This document shows, one piece after another, positions 19,756 through 28,120 of a stretch of DNA of 64,000 nucleotides (its first letter is position 1; every line of letters begins with the position of its first letter). This DNA is from an uncultured Muribaculaceae bacterium. GTDB taxonomy: Bacteria > Bacteroidota > Bacteroidia > Bacteroidales > Muribaculaceae. Location: NCBI GenBank assembly GCA_910586975.1, contig CAJUKX010000011.1, positions 9,520-73,519 of the forward strand. The letters run 5' to 3'. The translations under genes and the position numbers were made by a program. Under the pieces are notes generated by a model. The model was not told the origin of the DNA. It did no database searches and worked only from the letters and a program-made list of their open reading frames with translations.

Positions 19756-20307
19756 ATGATTTTCAAATTTAAAATAGTCTCTGACGGAGCTGAGACTTTT
19801 AAGCGCGAAATCAAAATTGACGCTCAAGGCACATTCCTTGACCTTAAGAATGCAATCTGCGACTCGGTAGGTTATGACAAAACCATGATGGACTCTTTCT
19901 TTATCTGCGACGACGGATGGGAAAAGCGCAAGGAAATAACCTACGAGGATATGGATTTTGATTCGGATCAGGAAGCTTGGCTCATGGACGATGCCGTGCT
20001 CGAAGATTTCATCGACGACGAAGGCCAGAAGGTTTTATACGTATTTGACTATATGACCGACCGTGCCATGTTCATGGAAATGACCGAGATGATTCCCGGA
20101 CAAACCCTCAAAGACCCCGTATGCACCCTGTCGTTGGGTAACGCTCCCAAGCAAACCGTCGACATGGACGAATTTGACGCACAGATTGACGCCAAGATGG
20201 CCAAGGCTGTACCTTCTGTCGAAGACCTCGATGAGGAATTCTACGGCTCTGACGAGTTCAATCCCGATGAATTCGAAGCCGAAGGATACGACGAAATGGA
20301 CATCTGA
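19756..20307 (+). CDS. Conserved Bacteroidales acidic protein (pRiA4b ORF-3-like fold)
   Basis: FKREIKID...TFLDL, SFFICDDGWEK, LYVFDYM, acidic tail. Confidence 0.75.
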   Translation: MIFKFKIVSDGAETFKREIKIDAQGTFLDLKNAICDSVGYDKTMMDSFFICDDGWEKRKEITYEDMDFDSDQEAWLMDDAVLEDFIDDEGQKVLYVFDYMTDRAMFMEMTEMIPGQTLKDPVCTLSLGNAPKQTVDMDEFDAQIDAKMAKAVPSVEDLDEEFYGSDEFNPDEFEAEGYDEMDI

Positions 20308-20341
20308 GCCACGGGCCATATCCGGTCATCAATTGCTATAA

Positions 20342-20370
20342 TGCGGGGTGGCGATTATGCTTCCCCCGCA
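20342..20370 (+). terminator. Possible intrinsic terminator
   Basis: TGCGGGG...CCCCGCA stem shortly after stop 20307; no clear U-tract. Confidence 0.4.
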
Positions 20371-20396
20371 ATATTACGTAGCCATATCTGCAAAAT

Positions 20397-21359
20397 ATGC
20401 TTCCAAATACAGCTGATTTAATAAATAAAATATTTTCGGGCAGCGATTTGACCGACGACGAGGTCTATTCGCTGCTCGCCTTGCCTTCAGATGAACTGAG
20501 GGAGGCTGCCGCTGCCGTGCACAGCAAGTTCTCACCACGCAAGTTCGATTCGTGCTCCATAATCAACGCACGATCGGGTCTGTGCTCCGAGAATTGCAAA
20601 TGGTGCGCACAGTCGCGCCACTATTCTACCGACTGCGAGCAGTATGCCATTGTAGACCACGACCAATGCTTGGACGAGGCTCGCCAAAGCCATAAGCATG
20701 GCATAGGCCGCTTCTCTATGGTAGCCAGCGGCCGCAGCGTGAGCGGCAAAGCGCTCGACAGCATGTGTGCCATGCTCAGCGAAATCAAGTCGGGCGTAGG
20801 CATAGCCACATGCGCCTCGATGGGGTTGCTGTCGTATGAGGAAATGAAGAAGCTGCGCGAGGCCGGCGTAATGCGCTATCATTGCAATCTTGAGACAGCG
20901 CCATCGCACTTCCCCACCCTGTGCTCCACCCACACCTACGACGACAAACTGCAGACCATTGCCCACGCCCACAGTCTGGGAATGGAAGTATGCAGCGGCG
21001 GCATAATAGGCATGGGCGAGAGTGCACGCCAAAGAGCTGAATTTGCTCTGGCACTGCGCAGAGCAAAGCCGGTTTCAATCCCTATCAATGTGCTTATACC
21101 CATCCCAGGCACACCCCTGGCCGACACTCCTGCCATTTCTGACGACGAAATCATAGACACCGTGGCTATATTCCGCCTGACACATCCGCGCACCACCCTG
21201 CGATTTGCCGGCGGCCGCAAACGACTCAGCACCGAAGTGCAGCTGCAGTGTATGCGCGTGGGCATAAACGGCGCCATAGTGGGCGACATGCTCACCACCA
21301 TAGGCAATTCAGTGGCCGAAGACCGCAAGCTTGTCAGCAAAGCCGATTATGAATTTTGA
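20397..21359 (+). CDS. bioB: Biotin synthase
   Basis: Radical SAM CSENCKWC, YHCNLET, CSGGIIGMGE, RFAGGR. Confidence 0.95.
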   Translation: MLPNTADLINKIFSGSDLTDDEVYSLLALPSDELREAAAAVHSKFSPRKFDSCSIINARSGLCSENCKWCAQSRHYSTDCEQYAIVDHDQCLDEARQSHKHGIGRFSMVASGRSVSGKALDSMCAMLSEIKSGVGIATCASMGLLSYEEMKKLREAGVMRYHCNLETAPSHFPTLCSTHTYDDKLQTIAHAHSLGMEVCSGGIIGMGESARQRAEFALALRRAKPVSIPINVLIPIPGTPLADTPAISDDEIIDTVAIFRLTHPRTTLRFAGGRKRLSTEVQLQCMRVGINGAIVGDMLTTIGNSVAEDRKLVSKADYEF

Positions 21360-21397
21360 TTAAAATGGCTTCACTGTAAACACACTCATCTTTTACG

Positions 21398-21442
21398 TAA
21401 ACAATCGTCCATTTTGCCTTATGCAAAATGGACGATTGTTTA
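21398..21442. terminator. Bidirectional terminator-like hairpin between convergent bioB and the ATPase gene
   Basis: Perfect 20-bp arms TAAACAATCGTCCATTTTGC / GCAAAATGGACGATTGTTTA, 5-nt loop. Confidence 0.75.
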
Positions 21443-21447
21443 ATACG

Positions 21448-22740
21448 TTAATTTTTCAAACAGGCCAATGGTATCACCAATACGCCGTCGTTACGACGGT
21501 ATGCTATTGGTCCCCCGGTAATAATTATCATCAAATCAGGCTCTCGCATTTTAACTTGTTTGTCTTTCGAATTGTATTTCCTTACAAGTTCACGTATTTC
21601 CAGCAAATGAGCGGCACCCATATCAATTTCAGCACTTCCCAATTTAAACTCAATAAGTGCATATCTACCGTCATCAATATGCAACACCGCATCTGCCTCC
21701 AAATCATACCTATCATGATAGTATGAAATATCTCCATTCACCGATTGCGAATAGACACGTAAGTCCCTTATAGCCATACATTCGAATATAAACCCAAATG
21801 TTTTCAAATCCAACTCCAGCATATCGGGAGACAAGCCCAATGCAGCCACAGCTATAGACGGATCAACGAGCCCTCTTTTGGGCCCACGACGAATTACAGT
21901 TGACGAACGAACCGCCGGAGACCATGCTGATAAATCTTGAATAACAAATAGTCGATTCAATGCCTTTACATAATCGTCAAATGTCCTATCCGTACACCCC
22001 TCGTTCATGGCTTCTACATCCTTCAACAGATTAACTTTTTTAGCTATGGTGCAGAGGTTTCGGGCATAGCTTTTAATTATAGCCAACGCAAGTTTGGGAT
22101 CTCTACGGACTCCATCAACTTTTATGATGTCGGACTGTACCACTCCTTCCAGATAATCCTTTGCAATCCTGTATGATTCCCTGGTATTATTCAACTTTAA
22201 AGCTGCCGGCCATCCTCCACGACAGGCATAACGAATCAAATCATTAATACCGGCTTTGGACACGACACCATCAATATCCATATTCGGATTGTCAAATAAT
22301 TCCAATAAAGAAATTTCGCCCGAAGATTCTCCACTCTCAAAAAGACTCATAGTATACATTTTCATTCGAGATATTCGGCCGGTTCCACTATGATTAATCT
22401 TACTGTCATCAACCGAGTTACTTCCGGTCAGTATAAATTGTCCGGTGTCACCTCCTCTATTATCAATCTCAGTACGTACAGCATCCCATATAATAGGAGC
22501 ATCTTGCCATTCATCTATCAATTTTGGAGTTTCACCCTTCAAAAGATTTGATGGTTTTGCTTTTGCAGTTGCCAAATACGCATCACGCATATCCGGATCT
22601 TGAAGCTTAATCACACTTTTTGCTTGCTGTTCTGCTGTTGTTGTCTTTCCACACCATTTTGGCCCTTCTATAAGAACACCACCCATGTAGTTAAGGCGCA
22701 TTTCAAGCTCAGCATCAGCGATACGGGACAGGTATTTCAT
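21448..22740 (-). CDS. AAA family ATPase with DUF4143-type C-terminus
   Basis: Walker A GPKWCGKT, LIDEWQ, ILTGS, RGGWP, C-terminal EADAV...IEFKLG; AT-richer than its neighbours. Confidence 0.9.
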   Translation of the reverse strand: MKYLSRIADAELEMRLNYMGGVLIEGPKWCGKTTTAEQQAKSVIKLQDPDMRDAYLATAKAKPSNLLKGETPKLIDEWQDAPIIWDAVRTEIDNRGGDTGQFILTGSNSVDDSKINHSGTGRISRMKMYTMSLFESGESSGEISLLELFDNPNMDIDGVVSKAGINDLIRYACRGGWPAALKLNNTRESYRIAKDYLEGVVQSDIIKVDGVRRDPKLALAIIKSYARNLCTIAKKVNLLKDVEAMNEGCTDRTFDDYVKALNRLFVIQDLSAWSPAVRSSTVIRRGPKRGLVDPSIAVAALGLSPDMLELDLKTFGFIFECMAIRDLRVYSQSVNGDISYYHDRYDLEADAVLHIDDGRYALIEFKLGSAEIDMGAAHLLEIRELVRKYNSKDKQVKMREPDLMIIITGGPIAYRRNDGVLVIPLACLKN

Positions 22741-22762
22741 CTTTATCAGCTTTTTATGGGTG

Positions 22763-22770
22763 CAAAGTTA
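22763..22770 (-). promoter_or_regulatory. -7 promoter element for the ATPase gene
   Basis: TAACTTTG on the minus strand, 22 bp upstream of the ATG. Confidence 0.65.
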
Positions 22771-22797
22771 TAAAAATTTTCATAAGTATTACTATAA

Positions 22798-22858
22798 ATT
22801 CGGATTTTTGAGGTATTCTATTTCTGTTTTTTGAGGTTAAGCATTTCTGTTTTTTGAG
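22798..22858. repeat. Three direct repeats at 23-bp period (TTTCTGTTTTTTGAG-like)
   Basis: The GAG of each TTTTTGAG falls at 22810, 22833 and 22856; units 2 and 3 share ATTTCTGTTTTTTGAG. Confidence 0.8.
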
Positions 22859-22889
22859 ACTTCCTCTTTGTAAATCCATAGAAAAGCAC

Positions 22890-22897
22890 TATCTTTG
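22890..22897 (+). promoter_or_regulatory. -7 promoter element for the methyltransferase-radA genes
   Basis: TATCTTTG with TTTG about 20 bp upstream. Confidence 0.55.
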
Positions 22898-22993
22898 TAT
22901 TCAGTAAAGTCATAAGCTTTAAGATAAATTTTACTATTGATATTATGTCAGCACTATACTTAAAGCGATGATTCCAATTAATATACTTTAAAT

Positions 22994-23761
22994 ATGGTAA
23001 ACGCTCTGAAAAAGGAAATATCCTCGCTCGCCACTGTCAAGGGGCGGCGCAAACTGCATGCCTTCATGGCTGAGGGCACCAAGTGTGTGCTTGATACGAT
23101 AGAATCTTTCAGGCCGCGCCATATAGTGGCCACCGAGGGGTGGCTGCAATCTCATGAATTGCCCCGGGCTGCCCATGACTGCATAATCACCGCCAACCTC
23201 GGCGAAATAAAACAGATAAGCTGCATGACCTTGGCTCCGGAGGTCGTTGCAGTGTACGAATTGCCCGATGAACCCATATTCTGCCCCGAATCGCTGACGG
23301 GCAAACTCGTTGTAGCTCTCGACTGCGTGCAAGACCCCGGAAACCTCGGCACCATAATGCGCACAGCCGATTGGATGGGTATTGACACCATACTGGCATC
23401 AGTTGACACAGCCGATTGCTTCAACCCCAAGGTGGTACAGGCCACAATGGGTGCTATATCGCGGGTGAAGGTGGTGTACGGCGACCTCCCGGCCATGCTG
23501 GGTGCTTTGTCTGCAGACATGCCCGTGTACGGTACTTTCCTTAATGGCGAGAACTTATATACCAACCCCCTGTCTGCGGCCGGTGTAGTGGTGATGGGCA
23601 ACGAAGGCAAAGGCATATCCGACGCCGTGGCACGATGTGTGACATCGCGCTTGCTAATACCGTCGTTTCCGCCGGGTGCCACCACCTCCGAAAGCCTTAA
23701 TGTAGCCACCGCTACAGCGATAGTGCTCGCCCAATTCCGTTCTAAATTCTTCGCAAAATAA
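22994..23761 (+). CDS. TrmH/SpoU family RNA methyltransferase
   Basis: QDPGNLGTIMR, MGNEGKG, ESLNVA. Confidence 0.93.
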   Translation: MVNALKKEISSLATVKGRRKLHAFMAEGTKCVLDTIESFRPRHIVATEGWLQSHELPRAAHDCIITANLGEIKQISCMTLAPEVVAVYELPDEPIFCPESLTGKLVVALDCVQDPGNLGTIMRTADWMGIDTILASVDTADCFNPKVVQATMGAISRVKVVYGDLPAMLGALSADMPVYGTFLNGENLYTNPLSAAGVVVMGNEGKGISDAVARCVTSRLLIPSFPPGATTSESLNVATATAIVLAQFRSKFFAK

Positions 23762-23763
23762 TC

Positions 23764-25131
23764 ATGGCTAAAGCTAAGTACAAGACAGTGTGGATGTGCA
23801 ACAGCTGCGGTGCCGAGTCGCCGCGGTGGGAAGGTCGTTGCCCCTCATGCGGACAATGGAACACTATGGTAGAGGAAAAAGTGCCAGCTACACTGCGCTC
23901 GCCCTCGCCCGTAGCATCGGCCGGCAAGTCGGCGGCCACTCCGCTCAACGAGATCACCACATCCGACCTGCCGCGTATAAAGCTGCCTTCGGGAGAGCTG
24001 AACCGTGTACTTGGCGGAGGTCTTGTGCCGGGCGCCATGGTGCTTATAGGCGGCGAACCCGGCGTGGGCAAGTCGACATTGGTACTACAGAATCTGCTCT
24101 CCATAAAATCGCGCACCATACTATACGCCTCGGGCGAGGAAAGCGCCACACAGCTCAAGATGCGAGCCGACCGCATAGGCCGCGGCTCCGACAATATGTA
24201 TATAGTGTGCGAGACATCGCTCGAAAATATCTTCAGCCATATCAACACCGTCAAGCCCGGCATTGTGGTGATTGACTCCATACAGACCATAGCCTCAGAT
24301 GCCCTCGACTCCTCGGCCGGCTCGGTAAGCCAGGTGCGCGAGTGCGCCGCCCAGCTACTCAAATATGCCAAGGAAAGCGGCGTACCCGTATTGCTTATAG
24401 GCCATATAACCAAAGAAGGCTCGCTTGCCGGCCCCAAGGTACTTGAGCACATAGTGGATGCCGTATTGCAGTTTGAGGGCGACAGCCAGTACATGTTCCG
24501 CATTCTGCGTGCCATCAAAAACCGATTTGGCAGCACATCCGAGCTTGGCATATACGAGATGGGACAGAAGGGCCTGCGCGAGGTGCTGAATCCGTCGCAG
24601 CTGCTGATGGGCGTACACGACGAAGCCCTGAGCGGCGTGGCCATCGGTGTCACTGTAGAGGGGGTACGCCCTTTCCTCATAGAAGTACAGGCACTTGTAA
24701 GCACGGCCGCATACGGCACACCGCAGCGCGCCGTCACCGGCTTCGATTCCAAACGCATGAACATGCTGCTCGCCGTACTCGAAAAACGGGTTGGATTCAA
24801 ACTCGCCGCCAAGGACGTATTCCTAAACATAGCCGGCGGCATCAAGGTAAACGACCCGGCTCTCGACCTGCCGGTAATATGCGCTATCCTGTCGAGCAAC
24901 TTCGACACCCCGGTGCCGCACACCACCTGCATGTGCGGCGAAATAGGCCTGTCGGGCGAGATACGCCCCGTGGCACGCCTGGAGCAACGGGTGGGCGAGG
25001 CTTGCAAACTGGGCATGGATCGCATTCTCGTACCCAAGGGCAACCTGAAGGGAGTGGACACCTCGCGCTTCAATATCCAAATCATAGAAGTGAGCCGCGT
25101 TGAAGAGGCTTTCCGCACCCTTTTCGCATGA
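23764..25131 (+). CDS. radA: DNA repair protein RadA/Sms
   Basis: C4 zinc finger, GEPGVGKS, KNRFG. Confidence 0.97.
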   Translation: MAKAKYKTVWMCNSCGAESPRWEGRCPSCGQWNTMVEEKVPATLRSPSPVASAGKSAATPLNEITTSDLPRIKLPSGELNRVLGGGLVPGAMVLIGGEPGVGKSTLVLQNLLSIKSRTILYASGEESATQLKMRADRIGRGSDNMYIVCETSLENIFSHINTVKPGIVVIDSIQTIASDALDSSAGSVSQVRECAAQLLKYAKESGVPVLLIGHITKEGSLAGPKVLEHIVDAVLQFEGDSQYMFRILRAIKNRFGSTSELGIYEMGQKGLREVLNPSQLLMGVHDEALSGVAIGVTVEGVRPFLIEVQALVSTAAYGTPQRAVTGFDSKRMNMLLAVLEKRVGFKLAAKDVFLNIAGGIKVNDPALDLPVICAILSSNFDTPVPHTTCMCGEIGLSGEIRPVARLEQRVGEACKLGMDRILVPKGNLKGVDTSRFNIQIIEVSRVEEAFRTLFA

Positions 25132-25284
25132 TAAGGCTCTTAGTTAAGCCGTGTTAAGCGCGGTTAAAGATTGTAAGCAAATTAAACTTTCGGGTTTTCA
25201 TTGTGTCTTTATTACGAAACAAATCGGGAACGGTTTGTCGTAAAAAACAAGAATAAAATAACAATAAAACATACCGAAAGATTT

Positions 25285-25845
25285 ATGAAAAAGATTTTCT
25301 CTCTCGCTCTCGCGACTATTGCCCTTTGCGGTCTTCCCGCTCTTGCACAGAATCAGAATACCACCACTTGCACCACTCCCACCGAGCAGTGCAACGCCGC
25401 TGAGAACTGCAAGCCCGCTACATGTGGCAAGAATCCCGGACATTGCGATGCCTTTACAGGCCTCAACCTTACCGATGCCCAGAAGAAGTCGCTGACCGAA
25501 CTCGGCAACAACCGCCGCACCGCCCAACAGGCCCGCAGGCAGGAAAAGCAGATGGCTAAAAAAGAAGACCGCCGCCAGAACGACTCGCTCCGCAAGACCG
25601 AACGCCGCGAATATCTCGCCAATGTAAAGAATATCCTCACACCCGAACAGTATGTGGTGTTCCTCGAAAATATAGTTGTAGAACAGCCCATGCCCGGCGG
25701 CCGCAACCCCAAGATGCACGCCAACCGCGGTCGTGGTATTAACAAAGACTCACGCATGGAACGCCGTACCGGCGACGGACTCGCCAAGGGTCAGCGTCCG
25801 CAGCGCGGCTCCAAGATTAACGCTTCCATGAATACCCAGCAATAA
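25285..25845 (+). CDS. Exported helical protein, Spy/CpxP-like
   Basis: Signal peptide MKKIFSLALATIALCGLPALA (ATG 25285 preferred over TTG 25201); LNLTDAQ and ILTPEQ motifs. Confidence 0.7.
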   Translation: MKKIFSLALATIALCGLPALAQNQNTTTCTTPTEQCNAAENCKPATCGKNPGHCDAFTGLNLTDAQKKSLTELGNNRRTAQQARRQEKQMAKKEDRRQNDSLRKTERREYLANVKNILTPEQYVVFLENIVVEQPMPGGRNPKMHANRGRGINKDSRMERRTGDGLAKGQRPQRGSKINASMNTQQ

Positions 25846-25865
25846 TCATTCTCCTTTTTTCTCCT

Positions 25866-25908
25866 CACAGAGGCTGCCACAACTGCGTTGGCAATCTCTT
25901 GTGTTTTT
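25866..25908 (+). terminator. Probable intrinsic terminator
   Basis: Imperfect stem CACAGAGGCTGCCA...TGGCAATCTCTTGTG followed by TTTTT. Confidence 0.55.
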
Positions 25909-25913
25909 GTACA

Positions 25914-26077
25914 AAGTAAGCATTGGAAAATAGTTTATATTGTATGCGCCTACTTATGGACAGCAGATTCAATACGATGAAGAGGGAGCGTAGCCGTAGC
26001 TACGTGACCGATGAAGAGGATTGAAGATGCGTTCATAAGGCAAGCAGATGATATAAACTATTTTTCATTGATTACTT
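25914..26077 (+). mobile_element. 164-bp palindromic intergenic element (ERIC/RPE-like putative MITE), copy A
   Basis: Ends AAGTAA...TTACTT, nested inverted arms, near-identical to 29926-30088. Confidence 0.75.
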
Positions 26078-26152
26078 ATTTCATTAAGCCATTCCTGTCT
26101 TTTATTTGTTATAAAGAATTAGAGCTTGTTTAATAACTAATCCTGTTTATTT

Positions 26153-28120
26153 ATGAGTGCAGCTTCTTCTGCCGGTTCAACTTCTCTGAAACGAATTACA
26201 CTAATGGGTCTGCTTGTCACCTTCGGAATAGTATTCGGTGACATAGGCACTTCGCCTCTCTATGTGATGAAAGCCATAGTGAGGGCTAATCCGTCATTGA
26301 CTCCCGACTATATACTTGGGGCGGTTTCGTGCATATTCTGGACCCTCACCATACAGACATCCGTTAAATATGTGCTGATTGCCCTCCGCGCCGACAACCA
26401 TGGCGAGGGCGGCATACTGGCCTTGTATTCCCTTATTAAACGAAGTTCGCGCAAGTGGATTTACGGTATAGCCGCCGTGGGCGCGGCCACTCTTGTAGCC
26501 GACGGTGTCATAACCCCGGCCGTAACGGTGACATCGGCCGTAGAGGGCTTGCGCTCTTTGTCGCCCGACATCCCCGTGATACCCATAGTGCTGACGGTTA
26601 TCGCCCTGATATTTGTGATACAAGGACTCGGCACCAACAAAATAGGTAAATGGTTTGGCCCGGTGATGCTGCTGTGGTTCCTGTCGCTCGGAGTATTCGG
26701 CACGGTAAACATTGCTTCATACCCTGCCATATTGAAGTCTTTCAATCCCTACTACGCATATATGCTGCTTACGCATTATCCCGAATGGTTTCTGATACTG
26801 GGTGCGGTATTTCTGTGTACCACGGGTGCCGAGGCGCTGTATTCCGATCTGGGGCATTGCGGACGCAAGAATATCTCAGTGGCATGGCTAATGGTCAAAA
26901 TAATGCTTATGCTCAACTATCTGGGTCAGGGCGCATGGATAATCGCCAATCAGCAAGCCGCTACATCGGGCAATGTCAACCCCTTCTATGCCATTGTGCC
27001 TGAATTTCTGCTCCCATTCGAGATTATACTCGCCACCATGGCTGCCATCATTGCCAGCCAGGCCCTTATCAGTGGTTCGTTCACCATATTCAGCGAGGCT
27101 ATAAACCTGCGTTTCTGGCCGCGCTTGCGCATCAAGTATCCGTCGGTACTCAAGGGACAGCTGTTCATCCCGGCCATCAATATATTCCTGTTTCTGGGCT
27201 GTGTAGTCACAGTGCTTCTCTTCAAGTCGTCAGACAATATGGAAGCGGCCTACGGTCTGGCAATCACCATTACCATGCTTATGACCACATTCCTCCTTAC
27301 CATATACCTGCTGCATAAGGGTATTCCTAAGTGGATAGCCTTACTGTTCCTCATCATCTTCACGGCTATCGAGGGCACATTCTTCGCAGCCAACCTTTTC
27401 AAGTTCATGCACGGCGGCTGGTATACGATAATCATTGCCGGTGTGCTTGCCACAGTGATATTTGTGTGGTACAACGGCGAGCGTGTGAGGGAAAGCTTCA
27501 AGGAATTTAACCGTATTTCTTCGTGTGTAGACATCATCACAGACATCGGCCGCGACAACACCATTGCCAAATATGCCTCAAATCTGGTGTTCATAAGCCA
27601 TGCCGAGCATCCGGGACATGTGGAGAGCAAAATCATATACTCCATTGTAAACAAATCGCCCAAGCGGGCCGACCACTACTGGTTCATGCGCATCGTTCCC
27701 GACAATGCCCCCGAGACACTCGAGTACCGGGTCGATGCAATCTACAATGGCAGCATTTACTGTATCAGCGTCAAGCTCGGCTACAGAGTGCAACCCAAGC
27801 TCACGGTATATCTGCGACAGATAGTAGAGAATCTTGTGGCAGCCGGACAGCTCGACCCGCGCAGCTGCTATGAGTCATTGCGCAAGCGCGACATTCCGGG
27901 CGAATTCCACTTTGTGGTTATCCGTCGTCTGTTCTCACCATCGAGCGTGTGCACCGGCAAGGTACGGTTCCTGATGAAGACTCACGGCTTCATAGCGCGC
28001 CACACCATGAGCGATGTTGACGCATTCGGGCTCGACGTATGCAACCTCGCGGTAGAAAACGTGCCGCTCATTCTCAACAACGGCCCCCAACGCCGCATCA
28101 CCCTCGCCGAAGACGCTTAA
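26153..28120 (+). CDS. kup: KUP/HAK/KT family potassium transporter
   Basis: GIVFGDIGTSPLY, ADNHGEGG, TGAEALYSDLGH. Confidence 0.95.
   Translation: MSAASSAGSTSLKRITLMGLLVTFGIVFGDIGTSPLYVMKAIVRANPSLTPDYILGAVSCIFWTLTIQTSVKYVLIALRADNHGEGGILALYSLIKRSSRKWIYGIAAVGAATLVADGVITPAVTVTSAVEGLRSLSPDIPVIPIVLTVIALIFVIQGLGTNKIGKWFGPVMLLWFLSLGVFGTVNIASYPAILKSFNPYYAYMLLTHYPEWFLILGAVFLCTTGAEALYSDLGHCGRKNISVAWLMVKIMLMLNYLGQGAWIIANQQAATSGNVNPFYAIVPEFLLPFEIILATMAAIIASQALISGSFTIFSEAINLRFWPRLRIKYPSVLKGQLFIPAINIFLFLGCVVTVLLFKSSDNMEAAYGLAITITMLMTTFLLTIYLLHKGIPKWIALLFLIIFTAIEGTFFAANLFKFMHGGWYTIIIAGVLATVIFVWYNGERVRESFKEFNRISSCVDIITDIGRDNTIAKYASNLVFISHAEHPGHVESKIIYSIVNKSPKRADHYWFMRIVPDNAPETLEYRVDAIYNGSIYCISVKLGYRVQPKLTVYLRQIVENLVAAGQLDPRSCYESLRKRDIPGEFHFVVIRRLFSPSSVCTGKVRFLMKTHGFIARHTMSDVDAFGLDVCNLAVENVPLILNNGPQRRITLAEDA

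Noticed and set aside
19756..20307. Possible mobile-element gene (family names mention plasmid pRiA4b / IS1096 passenger)
   Set aside because: Host-like codon usage, no transposase or terminal repeats; looks like a conserved chromosomal gene.
23742..25118. 458-aa antisense ORF over radA
   Set aside because: Shadow frame of a conserved gene with no recognisable motifs.
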